Shown: positions 39,881 through 49,819 of the stretch, piece after piece | Numbering within the stretch: position 1 is the stretch's first letter | Layout: every line of letters begins with the position of its first letter | NCBI GenBank assembly: GCA_963809895.1 | Contig: CAWELD010000010.1 | Location: 384,001-448,000, forward strand | DNA length: 64,000 nucleotides | Direction of reading: 5' to 3' | DNA from: an uncultured Gemmatimonadales bacterium | Lineage (GTDB): Bacteria > Gemmatimonadota > Gemmatimonadetes > Longimicrobiales > Gaopeijiaceae | Made by a program: the position numbers and the translations under genes | The notes under the pieces: generated by a model | The model's input: only the letters and a program-made list of their open reading frames with translations | Database searches by the model: none | What the model was told of the DNA's origin: nothing

Positions 39881-40866
39881 CCGGAGAGCGGGACTCCGCC
39901 GCCGGCGACGCCGGCCTCGTCACACTGAACGACGTGCGGGAGGCGGCATCACTGCTGCGTGACGTGGTGGTGCGCACGCCGCTGCTTCCGTCTCCCGAGC
40001 TGGCCGACGTCTCGGGGGCTGCCGAGGTACGCCTCAAGTGCGAGAATCTCCAGCGCGTCGGGGCCTTCAAAGCCCGCGGGGCCTACAATTACGTGGCCCG
40101 TCTGCCCGACGATGTCGCGGACGCCGGGGTCATCACCTATTCCTCGGGCAACCACGGGCAGGCCGTCGCCCTCGCGGCGAAGCTCCGGGGTGTACGAGCG
40201 GTGGTGGTCATGCCCACGACCGCCCCCAGGGTGAAGGTCGAGGGGGCGCGGCGCCTGGGCGCCGAGGTGATCTTCGAGGGAACGACCTCGCTGGAGCGGA
40301 AGCGCCGGGCCGAGGACATCGCGACCGCCCAAGGGCTCGCCGTGGTGCCCCCGTTCGACGACCCGCGCATCATCGCCGGACAGGGAACGGTCGGTCTCGA
40401 GATCGTCGAGGACTGGCCCGAGGTCGACGCCGTGCTGGTGCCCGTGGGCGGTGGGGGGCTGGCGTCGGGCGTGGCCGTGGCCGTCCGGGCCCTGCGACCC
40501 GATGCGCTGATCTACGGCGTGGAGCCCGTGGGGGGGGCCTCCATGAAGGCGGCGCTGGAGGCCGGGGCCCCGGTGACGCTGGAGTCCATCTCTTCCATCG
40601 CCGACGGGCTGCTGCCCGTGCGCACGGGCGATCTCACCTGGCGGCACTTCTCGCGGCTGGCGGACGGGGTCCTGCTGGTCGAAGACGACGAGATCCGCGA
40701 GGCGGCGGGGTTCCTGCTGAAACGGCACCACCTGGTGGTGGAATACTCGGGGGCGGCCACCACCGCTGCGCTGCGGCGGGCCCCCGAGTCGCTCCGCGGT
40801 CGTCGCGTGGCGGTGATCCTCAGCGGCGGCAACCTGGACCCGTCACTGCTCGCCGAGCTCACCTGA
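39877..40866 (+). CDS. PLP-dependent threonine/serine dehydratase or racemase family protein
   Basis: '[16 protein letters not shown]', '[10 protein letters not shown]', 'VGGGGL' and 'LSGGN'; no regulatory domain. Confidence 0.9.
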   Translation: MTGERDSAAGDAGLVTLNDVREAASLLRDVVVRTPLLPSPELADVSGAAEVRLKCENLQRVGAFKARGAYNYVARLPDDVADAGVITYSSGNHGQAVALAAKLRGVRAVVVMPTTAPRVKVEGARRLGAEVIFEGTTSLERKRRAEDIATAQGLAVVPPFDDPRIIAGQGTVGLEIVEDWPEVDAVLVPVGGGGLASGVAVAVRALRPDALIYGVEPVGGASMKAALEAGAPVTLESISSIADGLLPVRTGDLTWRHFSRLADGVLLVEDDEIREAAGFLLKRHHLVVEYSGAATTAALRRAPESLRGRRVAVILSGGNLDPSLLAELT

Positions 40867-41640
40867 AGCTCCCTCCGGCTCGCCCGCCGCGGGGCCCGTC
40901 TCGGAGGTCTCCCGAACCGGGGTGCGGGCCCAGCGCGTCATGAGCCAGCGGACGCCGAAGGTGTCCAGGATCCCCACCCAGAGCCGGTTGTGAACCCCGT
41001 ACTTGGTATGGCCGTGTTGCCGTGGTCGGTGGCCCACCGGCACTTCGGCGACCCTGGCGCCGTTCAGCCGCAGCAGCGTCGGCAGAAATCGGTGCATGCC
41101 CCGGAAGGGTGGCAAGGGATCCGCGAAGCGCCGGCGGAAGACCCTCAGGGAGCACCCCACGTCGCTGACGGTCTCACGCGTGAGCCAGTTGCGGTAGGCG
41201 TTGGCGATGCGCGACGACGCCTTGCGCACGAAGCTGTCGTGACGGCGGGCGCGCACCCCGTTCACCAGGTCCACGTCGCGGGTGTCGAGCTCGTGCAGGA
41301 GCACGGGCAGGTCCGCAGGATCGTTCTGGAGGTCGGCGTCGAGGGTTCCGATGAGCTCGCCCCGCGCCGACCGGAATCCCGCCAACAGGGCCGCCGATTG
41401 ACCCTGGTTGCCGTCCATGGAGACGTAGCGATGGCCGGGGCGCGCGGCGCTCAGCTCCCGCAGCACCTCCAGGGATCCGTCGCCACTGCCGTCGTCCACC
41501 CAGATGGCTTCCCACCCCCCTTCCACGTTCGCCAGCGCCGCGTCGAGCTCGTCCGCCAGAACAGGCACGGATTCGCGCTCGTCCTTGACGGGGATCACGA
41601 CGGAAAGACGGGGCGGCTGCCCCGGAGTTCGGGACGTCAT
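40843..41640 (-). CDS. GT2 polyprenol-phosphate glycosyltransferase (DPM1/ArnC-like)
   Basis: 'VDDGSGD', 'GQSAAL', 'LDADLQNDP', 'HRFLP' and 'HRPR..G.TKYG'. Confidence 0.9.
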   Translation of the reverse strand: MTSRTPGQPPRLSVVIPVKDERESVPVLADELDAALANVEGGWEAIWVDDGSGDGSLEVLRELSAARPGHRYVSMDGNQGQSAALLAGFRSARGELIGTLDADLQNDPADLPVLLHELDTRDVDLVNGVRARRHDSFVRKASSRIANAYRNWLTRETVSDVGCSLRVFRRRFADPLPPFRGMHRFLPTLLRLNGARVAEVPVGHRPRQHGHTKYGVHNRLWVGILDTFGVRWLMTRWARTPVRETSETGPAAGEPEGASGELGEQ

Positions 41641-41791
41641 GGATGTGGTCGTTCGGGGAATGGCCGGGACCGCAAAAGGTAACCGAACCGCGGACAGGTC
41701 GCAGGCCCAGCTTGTTCCGGCGCCGGGGCGTTATCTAGCTTTCTTCAGTCCACTCTCGTCCGCACCATTGCCGCATGAGCCTCACCACCCG

Positions 41792-43192
41792 ATGAAGAAG
41801 CGGGCACCACCCTCGGCCTCGAGCCGGAGGCCGCGGCTCCGCAAGGGACTCCGGCTCGCCGGCCGCGCCCTTCTGGTCGCGGTGCTCGTGTATGCGGTCG
41901 CTGGATTCGTGTCCTTGCGCCTCTCCCGCTCGCCCTATGTGCTGGAGGAGCCTCCCCGGCTGGCGGTGCCGGCCCAGGCCGCGGCTTCCGGCGCCGGGGG
42001 ATTGCTGCCCGGTGTCGAGGTGCTGGGGGCTGTTTCCGTCCACACGGGCCGCTCTCACGACGCGGTGGGCACCCTCGCAGAGGTGGCCGCGGCCGCGGAG
42101 CGAACGGGTCTGGATTTCGTGCTCATGGGCGATCACCCGGACCCGTGGATGGACGCGGGTCCGGCTTCGCTGGCGCCGGTGCGCGAGGACGGGGTGCTGC
42201 TGGTGAGCGGCGTGGAGTTGGTGATCCAGGATGTGGGCCGCGTGCTGATCACGGATCTCGACACGCTCCCCCGCCGCTGGGACGGCGACGTGGAGTCGCT
42301 CCTGAGGCGCGCCCGCGCCGACGACAGCTTCGTTTCCATCGTGCATCCCCGGAGTCCCCGGACCCGTGAGAGCTGGAAGGCGCCCCGGCCCCTGGACATG
42401 CCCACCTGGGAGGCCTTCGACGTGTCGGAGATGGCCCGCCTGCGCCAGAGCGAGAAGTGGGTGGGCTATCACGTCGCCTCGCTCCTCGCCGGGTGGATCA
42501 CGGGGCGCGGCGAGGGCAACCTGGTACGCCTGGACCGCGAGGGCTTCTCGTCGCCGGCCATCCTGGCCTACGACTCCGCGCGAGCGCTGGGACCGTTGTC
42601 ACTCACCGGCGGCGTCAATCACCATCCCAAGGCACGCTGGTTCGGCCACCTCCTTCCACCGTACGATCCGTTCTTCGAGGCTGTGGTGAACCACGTGCTC
42701 GTGGAGCGCCCGCTGTCCGACGACCCCGTGGCGGCGTGGGCGCAGGTGCGGCACGCCCTGGCGCGTGGCAGGAACTTCGTCACCCTGGGCCGGGCCCACG
42801 CGGCGGCGGGGTTCGACGTGGCCGGGATCAGGCCGGGAGCCGCGCCCACGGCCATGGGTGGGGTGGCGCGCTGGAGCCCCGGGGCGGAGCTCACCGTGCG
42901 CATGCCTCGCGACCTCGACGGGGGGCTCCTGCTCCGTGTGCTGCGCAACGGACGTGAGCTCGGATGGGTGCGGGCGCGTGCGGGCCAGACCTTGCGGTGG
43001 CCCTGCCCCCGCCCGGGGGTCTACCGGGTCGAGGTGTATCGGGCCGGTCTTTCGCTGGGGCGCTGGCGTTGGAATCTGCGGCCCTGGATCCTCGCGAACC
43101 CGGTGGAATTCACCGCCGACGGGCCCGCCTTTCAGACGAAGGCGAGCACCGCGTCCGAACCCGCTGCATCTTCGGCGGGCGACGCGGGGTAG
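41792..43192 (+). CDS. Membrane-anchored PHP-like protein
   Basis: N-terminal TM; 'VHTGRSHD', 'MGDH', 'SGVE', 'IVHP' and 'GGVNHH'; C-terminal 'PGVYRVEV...WILANPV'. Confidence 0.7.
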   Translation: MKKRAPPSASSRRPRLRKGLRLAGRALLVAVLVYAVAGFVSLRLSRSPYVLEEPPRLAVPAQAAASGAGGLLPGVEVLGAVSVHTGRSHDAVGTLAEVAAAAERTGLDFVLMGDHPDPWMDAGPASLAPVREDGVLLVSGVELVIQDVGRVLITDLDTLPRRWDGDVESLLRRARADDSFVSIVHPRSPRTRESWKAPRPLDMPTWEAFDVSEMARLRQSEKWVGYHVASLLAGWITGRGEGNLVRLDREGFSSPAILAYDSARALGPLSLTGGVNHHPKARWFGHLLPPYDPFFEAVVNHVLVERPLSDDPVAAWAQVRHALARGRNFVTLGRAHAAAGFDVAGIRPGAAPTAMGGVARWSPGAELTVRMPRDLDGGLLLRVLRNGRELGWVRARAGQTLRWPCPRPGVYRVEVYRAGLSLGRWRWNLRPWILANPVEFTADGPAFQTKASTASEPAASSAGDAG

Positions 43193-43200
43193 AGCGGGGC

Positions 43201-43893
43201 ATGAAACGACTCGTGCTCTTCGACATCGACGGGACGCTTGTGACCGGCGGCCCCGCCAAGGATGCCTTCCACGTGGCCCTGGTGGAGGCCTTCGGGACGG
43301 CAGGCGACATCCACGTGCATGATTTCGCCGGCAAGACCGATCCCCAGATCGCCCGGGAGCTGCTCAGGGGCGCGGGGCTGGACGACGCGGCCATCGACCG
43401 GGGATTGCCGGTGTTGTGGGCACGCTATCTGGACGAGCTGGCCCACCGCCTGCCCGGCATGCCCATGGAGGTTCTGCCGGGCGCGCGCGAGCTGGTGGTG
43501 GCGCTGGAGGAGCTGGCTGACGTGGCGCTGGGGCTGGTCACGGGGAACATCGTCGAGGGCGCCCGGCTCAAGCTCGGCTCGGCCGGACTGGATCGCCCGT
43601 TCCGCCTGGGGGGCTTCGGCTCGGACTCCGAAGAGCGGGATCACCTCCCGGGTGTCGCCCTGGAGCGCGCACGGGAGATGTGGGGCATCGAGTTTCCACC
43701 GTCCGAGGTGGTGGTCGTGGGGGACACGCCCCGTGACATCGCCTGCGGACGCGCCCACCGGCTCCGGACCGTGGGGGTCGCCACGGGACGCTACGCCGGG
43801 GGCGCCCTGCGTGCCGCCGGCGCCCACGAGGTGCTCGACGATTTCACCGACACCGATCACGTCGTCGAGATCCTGGCTCGCCGCATCGCTTGA
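43201..43893 (+). CDS. HAD-superfamily hydrolase
   Basis: 'LFDIDGTL', 'LVTGN' and 'VVGDTPRD'. Confidence 0.92.
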   Translation: MKRLVLFDIDGTLVTGGPAKDAFHVALVEAFGTAGDIHVHDFAGKTDPQIARELLRGAGLDDAAIDRGLPVLWARYLDELAHRLPGMPMEVLPGARELVVALEELADVALGLVTGNIVEGARLKLGSAGLDRPFRLGGFGSDSEERDHLPGVALERAREMWGIEFPPSEVVVVGDTPRDIACGRAHRLRTVGVATGRYAGGALRAAGAHEVLDDFTDTDHVVEILARRIA

Positions 43894-43971
43894 TCCCATC
43901 TCGCCCCGGCAGCATTTTCGGGGTCCGGCGAACCGGGACTCCCGGCCCGCGCGTTTCTCGAGAGAGGTGAC

Positions 43972-44682
43972 ATGAACAAGAACGTTGTGCTCGGCGTGAT
44001 CGTCCTGTTGCTGGTGGCGGCCATCGTCTACGGCGCTTCGAGCCGCGGCGGTGGCGGCGCGGCCACCGAGCCGGTGGAAGTCCCCGGCCTCGACGACAAT
44101 CAGACCCTGGTGAACATGGCGCAGGGCGTGACCATGGGCGAAGAGGACGCGCCGATCACCATCGCCGAGTTCGCCGACTACCAGTGCCCCGGCTGCATGG
44201 GGTTCGCCGGCACGGTGCAGCCCCAGGTCAAGCAGGTCTTCGTGGATAGCGGCAAGGCGAAGTTCATCTTCTACGACTTCCCGCTCACCACGCTGCACAT
44301 GCACTCGTTCCTGGCGGCCCGGGCAGCTCGCTGTGCCGACGATCAGGGCAAGTTCTGGGAGTACCACGACGCCCTCTTCCGCCACCAGTCCTCGTGGGCG
44401 GCGTCACCCACGCCGCCGGTGGACACCTTCGAGGACTACGCCGCCGAGGTCGGCCTGGATCAGGGTCAATTCAGGCGGTGCCTGCGGAGCGACAAGTACG
44501 CCGATGTCATCTCCGCGACCATGACGCTCGGTCAGGAACTGGGGGTGACGGGCACCCCGACCGTGATCATCAGTCGGGGCGGCATGACCCGTCGCGTATC
44601 CAACCCGTCGTTCGAGGGCATCAGCGCGGTGGTGGACGAGCTGTCGCCCGACACCGCGGCCGCGCCGGGCGGGACGCCGTGA
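43972..44682 (+). CDS. DsbA/BdbD-like thiol-disulfide oxidoreductase
   Basis: N-terminal TM, 'EFADYQCPGC', 'YDFPL' and 'GVTGTPT'. Confidence 0.9.
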   Translation: MNKNVVLGVIVLLLVAAIVYGASSRGGGGAATEPVEVPGLDDNQTLVNMAQGVTMGEEDAPITIAEFADYQCPGCMGFAGTVQPQVKQVFVDSGKAKFIFYDFPLTTLHMHSFLAARAARCADDQGKFWEYHDALFRHQSSWAASPTPPVDTFEDYAAEVGLDQGQFRRCLRSDKYADVISATMTLGQELGVTGTPTVIISRGGMTRRVSNPSFEGISAVVDELSPDTAAAPGGTP

Positions 44683-44684
44683 GC

Positions 44685-44873
44685 ATGAAGGTCCGACTTC
44701 TCTTCGTGGACGACGGGTCGTACCACCACGAAGACGTGCGCCTGCCGGGCGAGATCCTGGACGGCTACGAGCGGCTCATCGACTGCCTGCGCGAGGAGCC
44801 GACGGTGCTGGAACGCGTCTACGTGGACGTGGACCGCCTGTGCGCCGCCTGGGTGGTGGACGACGACGACTAG
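44685..44873 (+). CDS. Small hypothetical protein (62 aa)
   Basis: 'MKVRLLFVDDGSYHHEDV...YERLIDCLREEP...VDVDRLCAAW', directly after the DsbA gene. Confidence 0.65.
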   Translation: MKVRLLFVDDGSYHHEDVRLPGEILDGYERLIDCLREEPTVLERVYVDVDRLCAAWVVDDDD

Positions 44874-44965
44874 GCAGACCTCCACTGCTGGCCAAGCCGG
44901 CGGGGCCGGCCGCCTGCGCGCCGACCCCACCGGTCCCCTGGTCGTGCGTGGGACACCGCAGTACG

Positions 44966-46606
44966 TCAGAAGTGGGAGCGCGGTAGGGCGATCGTGGCCT
45001 CACTCCAGGCTGCACGGAACCGTTCTTCCACGCGTGCGGCTTCATCCGTGCGCCCCTGCGCTTTCAGGCTCAGAGCCAGGCCTCGCAGCGACCATCCGTT
45101 CTCCGGGAAGCGGTCGAGGTCGTCTCGGTAGGCTCGTTCGGCGTCGTCGGGCCTGCCGGCGTCGAGATAGGCCTGGCCGAGCGTATGGCGAACCGGTCGA
45201 TACCAGAGCGGAGGCTCGTCGTAGAGCAGGCCGTCCTCCACGTCGCGTGCCCGCTCGAAGATCTCCACTGCTTCGTCGGCTCGTCCGGCGCGCAGAGCGA
45301 TCTCTCCCTCGAGCATGAGCGGAGCGATGTGGGGGATGGGGTTGGCGTCGGGAGGACCCTCGGTTCCCTGCGTCACTTCCACGACGCGGGAGAGAACGGC
45401 CTGCGCCTCACCGGTCCGCCCCAGAGCCGCGAGGGCAGTGCCTCGTGCGTACAGCGCCATCAGGGTCGCCTGCTCGAGCTCGGGTGCGGGCATGGGCTCG
45501 TCCAACACGGCGCTCCACTCGCCGAACGTCAGAAGCGTCAGCTGCGGCAGGACGACTGCATTCTGGATCCAGTAGACGTCTCGCGCCACCTCGAGGGGTA
45601 CCCGGGGCGCCACGGTGCGCGAGGCCTCCAGCGCCGTCTCCTTCATGCCCGCCATGGTCGCTGCGAAGGCCATGAAATGGTAGTTGTGTGGGTAGTAGGC
45701 ACCGGTGTAGAGCGAGGGGCCGCCCATGTCCGCCATCATCGCCTCGTCGGCGTGGACGGCGTGCTCGTTCACCCGGACCGCGTCCGCGTACCGGCCCACA
45801 CGGATGTAGATGTGTCCCGGCATGTGCACGATGTGTCCCGCACCCGGCATGAGGTTGGCGAGACGCTCCGCACACGCCACCGCGCGTTCAGGAAACGCGG
45901 CCTCGACGAGATGGATGTAGTAGTGGCAGGCACCCGGATGCTCGGGGTTTGCGGCCACGGCACGCCCCAGGACGTCGAGGATACGCTCGGTCCCGGCCCG
46001 GGGGCTGCGATCGCCGTAGGGTCCCGACCAGTAGTTCCACGGGCTCAGATTCATGAGGGCCGCACCATAGAGCGTGAGGATGTCGGGATCTCCGGGGAAC
46101 CGACGGGCGGCGTCCTCCAGGGCACGGGCGTACGCGGAGTCGTGAGCCGGTGTCTGGGCGGAAGGCTCGTCCGCGTATCGGACGGCGATCGCGTCGATCA
46201 GGGCCCGTTCCACAGGGGTAGCCGCGCCGCTGCGCTTCCGCGCCTCCATGGCAGCTTCCCGCGCACCCTTCGGGTCGAGTCCCGGTGCGTTGATGTTGTG
46301 ACCGGAGGCCAACGCAACGCCCCACCAGCACATCGCACAGTCCGGATCAGCCCGCAGCGCCTCGCGGTAAGAGCGGATCGCCTCGGGATGGTTGAAGGCG
46401 TACTGGAGGCGCAGGCCCTGATCGAAGAATGCCTGGGCGCGGGGGGACGACGTGCTGACGGTCCTCGTATGGGTTCCCAGATCGTCGTGGAGGACGACGG
46501 CCGTGTCGTTCGTGTCCGCATCGGGAGGGCGTTGCTGGGCAGACAACCCCAGAGTGCTCAAGCCCAGCAGGGGTACGAAGCCCAGCTTCGACAAGCTGCG
46601 GTGCAT
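44966..46606 (-). CDS. Secreted TPR-repeat protein with His-rich motifs
   Basis: Signal peptide, 'AQAFFDQGL..YAFNH.EA', 'HPGACHYYIH', 'HIVHMPGHIY', 'YDEPP.W' and 'PENGWSL'. AGGAGG RBS. Confidence 0.85.
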   Translation of the reverse strand: MHRSLSKLGFVPLLGLSTLGLSAQQRPPDADTNDTAVVLHDDLGTHTRTVSTSSPRAQAFFDQGLRLQYAFNHPEAIRSYREALRADPDCAMCWWGVALASGHNINAPGLDPKGAREAAMEARKRSGAATPVERALIDAIAVRYADEPSAQTPAHDSAYARALEDAARRFPGDPDILTLYGAALMNLSPWNYWSGPYGDRSPRAGTERILDVLGRAVAANPEHPGACHYYIHLVEAAFPERAVACAERLANLMPGAGHIVHMPGHIYIRVGRYADAVRVNEHAVHADEAMMADMGGPSLYTGAYYPHNYHFMAFAATMAGMKETALEASRTVAPRVPLEVARDVYWIQNAVVLPQLTLLTFGEWSAVLDEPMPAPELEQATLMALYARGTALAALGRTGEAQAVLSRVVEVTQGTEGPPDANPIPHIAPLMLEGEIALRAGRADEAVEIFERARDVEDGLLYDEPPLWYRPVRHTLGQAYLDAGRPDDAERAYRDDLDRFPENGWSLRGLALSLKAQGRTDEAARVEERFRAAWSEATIALPRSHF

Positions 46607-46645
46607 GGGAGACCTCCTATCACTGAAGTGACGTAGAATCTATTT

Positions 46646-46665
46646 TAGACTGACTGGTCAGTATA
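46646..46665. promoter_or_regulatory. TetR-type operator 1
   Basis: Palindrome TAGACTGAC-TG-GTCAGTATA overlapping a minus-strand extended -10 (TGTTATACT). Confidence 0.7.
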
Positions 46666-46750
46666 ACATAGAAAAAGGCCATTCGCGGGTGTCGTCAAGG
46701 GGCGCGCGCTCTGGCATCAGCTCGGAACGATCAGCGCGTTTCAGGGTTCT

Positions 46751-46766
46751 TGTACCGAACGGTTCA
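46751..46766. promoter_or_regulatory. TetR-type operator 2
   Basis: Palindrome TGTACCG-AA-CGGTTCA just upstream of the TetR gene. Confidence 0.55.
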
Positions 46767-46784
46767 TAAAACAAACGCTACGGA

Positions 46785-47426
46785 GTGAGAATGCCTCGAG
46801 ACGCCGGTCCGACCCGGGAGAGGATCATCCAGACTGCTCATCGGGTCATTCTGGAGCGAGGCTTCGCCAGCACCTCGATCGACGACATCACCGAACGCGC
46901 CGGCATCAGCCGGGGCACGTTCTTCTATCACTTCGCCACCAAGGACGACCTGGCCCGCACGCTGATCCACCGGCACGCTGCCGAGGATCGGGAGCTGGCG
47001 GAGCGCTTCATGGAGCGCGCCGAGGGTCTGGCTCGGGACCCGCTCCAGCAGTTGCTGATCTTCTTCGGGCTCTACATCGAGCTCGTATCCGAAACCACGG
47101 CCGAGCGCCCGCCGGGATGTCTCTTCGCCTCCTTCTCCTACGAGGCCGGGGTGTTCGACGAGGACACCATGAGAACCATCCGCGAGGCCTTCGATTTCTG
47201 GCGCGAGCTGGTCGGCGCGAAGATCGGGGAGGCCGCCCGGGCGCATCCGCCGGACCGTGGCCTGAAGCCCCACGACCTGGCAGACTTCGCGTATACGGTC
47301 TTCGAGGGCGGGATGATCATGGCTCGGGTGAGGGGAAATCCCCAGGCGCTGGCCGATCAGCTCATCCTCTACCGAGACTATCTCGAACACCTGTTCGGTG
47401 TCGCTTCCGCCGCGGCGGGGGCCTGA
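46785..47426 (+). CDS. TetR/AcrR family regulator (NemR-like)
   Basis: 'TRERIIQTA..GFASTSIDDI..AGISRGTFFYHFATKDDL' and 'PGCLF'. Confidence 0.93.
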   Translation: MRMPRDAGPTRERIIQTAHRVILERGFASTSIDDITERAGISRGTFFYHFATKDDLARTLIHRHAAEDRELAERFMERAEGLARDPLQQLLIFFGLYIELVSETTAERPPGCLFASFSYEAGVFDEDTMRTIREAFDFWRELVGAKIGEAARAHPPDRGLKPHDLADFAYTVFEGGMIMARVRGNPQALADQLILYRDYLEHLFGVASAAAGA

Positions 47427-47462
47427 GCCGTCGACTGGCTCAACGCGGCCGGTGGCGTGGTG

Positions 47463-48044
47463 TCACCGGGCCCGGACGTCACCGATGCGCCGCACCCGCT
47501 CCAGCGTCCAGGCGTCGACGACCGGCGGGGGCCAGCGGCCCTGGTCGTGGGCGGCGCGGATCCGCTCCACCTCGTCCCGGGCACGGCGAGCCGTGCCCTC
47601 GTCGACCCAGCCGTGGGCGAGGGCCTCGTCGAGCTGCTCGCGGTCGAGGACTTCCAGATCGCCGCCGGGGCCGAGCCACACGTCCAGGAAGAGGTCGGTG
47701 GTGTCCCAGCGGACGACGGCGCCGGGCTCGGCCGAGGCAGGCCCTTGCCCGGCGGACTCCAGCACGGGTGGCGTCAGGATGTTCGCGTAGAGCCCCGTGA
47801 AGGTGCCGTCGGCCGTGTGGAAGCGACCGATGTCGTGCCATCGGCCGGGAAAGGTGAACCACACCACGGGCGACCCAGGCTCGAGGATCGTGGCGCCCCC
47901 CACGCGCAGGGGCCGCTCGACCGGCGTGTCGGGCTGATAGGAGACCTTCACTTCGGGATGGTCGACGACGAGCTCCTGCACGTAGACCTGGAGGCGATCG
48001 GGGGGCCGCAGATAGTGGATGTGGACGGTGCGGCCCGGGCTCAC
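47463..48044 (-). CDS. DUF402 domain protein
   Basis: 'WHDIGRFH..G.FTGLYANILTP', 'DLFLDVW' and 'LDREQLDEA'. Confidence 0.8.
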   Translation of the reverse strand: MSPGRTVHIHYLRPPDRLQVYVQELVVDHPEVKVSYQPDTPVERPLRVGGATILEPGSPVVWFTFPGRWHDIGRFHTADGTFTGLYANILTPPVLESAGQGPASAEPGAVVRWDTTDLFLDVWLGPGGDLEVLDREQLDEALAHGWVDEGTARRARDEVERIRAAHDQGRWPPPVVDAWTLERVRRIGDVRAR

Positions 48045-48364
48045 ACGGCCTCCACGTAGATCTCCATCACGCCGCCGCACACGGCCGGGCTCCAGGAGAG
48101 GAGGTCCCGGGTGAGGTCGACGCTCACTAGTTCGGGCGCTCCCGTGTCGACGACTCGCCGGGCGGCTTCCAGCACCTCGGCCTCGCCACATCCGCCGCCC
48201 ACCGTGCCGACCAGGCCCCGCTCGGGGTCCACCAGCATCTTGGTGCCGGTCTTGCGCGGGGTGGAGCCACGGGTGTCGATCACCGTGGCCAGGGCGCAGC
48301 GCCGGCCTTCGGCGCGGGCCTCCACGACCGCTCGCAGCAGCTCCAGGTCCTGCTGTCGAATCAT
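48041..48364 (-). CDS. XdhC/CoxI N-terminal domain protein (stand-alone)
   Basis: 'LATVIDTRGSTPRKTGTKML', 'GTVGGGCGE' and 'VCGGVMEIYVE'. Confidence 0.88.
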   Translation of the reverse strand: MIRQQDLELLRAVVEARAEGRRCALATVIDTRGSTPRKTGTKMLVDPERGLVGTVGGGCGEAEVLEAARRVVDTGAPELVSVDLTRDLLSWSPAVCGGVMEIYVEAV

Positions 48365-49794
48365 GCCGGGTCCTCCTGGTGCGTCGGCTCGAAAAAACGT
48401 TCCAGAACGCGCTCCACGTCGCGCAGGGGGCGCCCGCTTCCGCCGCGCCAGGCCAGCACCAGCTCGGCCGCGACGCTGACGGCGATCTCCGCCGGGGTCT
48501 CGGCTCCCAGGTCCAGGCCCACCGGGGCCCGTATCTCGGCGAGACGCGCCCTCGGGATGCCCTCGTCCAGGAGAGCTGCCCACGTGGCGCGCACCCGGCG
48601 GCGGCTCCCGATCATCCCCACGTAGCGTGGCCGAACGGGCTGCAGAAGGATCCGCCGGAGGCACTCGAAGTCGTAGCGGTGCCCGCGGGTCACGAGCACC
48701 AGGTGCGTGAGCGGACGGATGGAGAGGTCCGCGAAGGGGTCCTGGAAATCCACCCGCAGGATCTCGTCGGCTTCCGGAAAGCGCTCGCCGGTGGCGAACT
48801 CGGGCCGGTCGTCCAGGATCCGTACGCGGAATCCCAGCAGCGCCCCGACGGTGCACAGCGGCTGCGCGATGTGGCCGGCCCCGACGATGACCAGGTCGGG
48901 CCGCGGCACGTGCAGCTCCGCGTAGAGCCCGTCGTGGAGGCCTTCCTGCTCACTACCGTCCAGGACAGCCGTGGCCATGCGGTCGGCGGTCCCGTCCAAG
49001 TCGGCATCGCCGAGGGAGCCGTGCACGTCCAGGACCGCACCGTTCGCGTCGTCGAACCCCTCCACGGCGACCCGGCGAGCGGCCGCGTCGCCGCCCACGC
49101 CGGGTCGCAGCACCACCACGACCCGGCGTCCCGCGTCCATGGCCTCCAACACGAGGGCGGCGGCATCCGCGGCGTCCACGGTGCGTCCGGGAAAGGCCCG
49201 ACGATAGTCGGTCGGGGTGTCGACGTCGTCCAGCACGCCCTCGTCCGACACGGCCACCTCGCGGCGTCGCGCGGCGTAGCGGTGCACCACCGTGCGTGGG
49301 CCCTGGGGAAGATCCGGCTCGAGCAACTCCGGAAAGAGGTCGGCGTGGAGCAGCACGGGATGGCCCGTGCGGCCGTCGAAGGCGGGCTCCGTCACCGGCG
49401 CTCCCTCGCGCCGGAAATCGTCGATGAGGGCCCGCACCGTGGCCGTCTGGACGCGCGGATGGTCCACCGGGTGCACGAGGACGCCGGCCACGTCGTCGGG
49501 GAGCCCGTCGAGTCCCACGCGCAACGAGGAGGCCAGCCCGCCGCGCCGTGGGTGGTCCGGCTCGGGATTCACGGCCACGGTGGCCCCGGCGGCCCGTGCC
49601 GCCTCGGCCTCGGCGCCGTCGGCGTCGCGCACGACCACGACCACGGGAGCGGCCCCGCCCGCCACAAGCGTTTCGACCACGCGGCGCACGAAGGGTCGGC
49701 CGTCGGCATCGAGAAGGGCCTTGGAGCGGCCCATGCGTGCCGATCGGCCGGCACAGGGCACCACCGCCGCCACGGGTCCGGGAAGCGGTGTCAC
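48361..49794 (-). CDS. MocA-like nucleotidyltransferase fused to the XdhC C-terminal Rossmann domain
   Basis: 'AGRSARMGRSKALL', 'PVDHP', 'GHPV' and 'DVDTPTDY', then 'IVGAGHIA', 'DDRPEFA', 'TRGHRYD', 'YVGMIGSRRR' and 'PVGLDLGAETPAEIAVS'. Confidence 0.85.
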   Translation of the reverse strand: MTPLPGPVAAVVPCAGRSARMGRSKALLDADGRPFVRRVVETLVAGGAAPVVVVVRDADGAEAEAARAAGATVAVNPEPDHPRRGGLASSLRVGLDGLPDDVAGVLVHPVDHPRVQTATVRALIDDFRREGAPVTEPAFDGRTGHPVLLHADLFPELLEPDLPQGPRTVVHRYAARRREVAVSDEGVLDDVDTPTDYRRAFPGRTVDAADAAALVLEAMDAGRRVVVVLRPGVGGDAAARRVAVEGFDDANGAVLDVHGSLGDADLDGTADRMATAVLDGSEQEGLHDGLYAELHVPRPDLVIVGAGHIAQPLCTVGALLGFRVRILDDRPEFATGERFPEADEILRVDFQDPFADLSIRPLTHLVLVTRGHRYDFECLRRILLQPVRPRYVGMIGSRRRVRATWAALLDEGIPRARLAEIRAPVGLDLGAETPAEIAVSVAAELVLAWRGGSGRPLRDVERVLERFFEPTHQEDPA

Positions 49795-49819
49795 GGATCC
49801 ATCCCGCCGTGGGCCGGCA

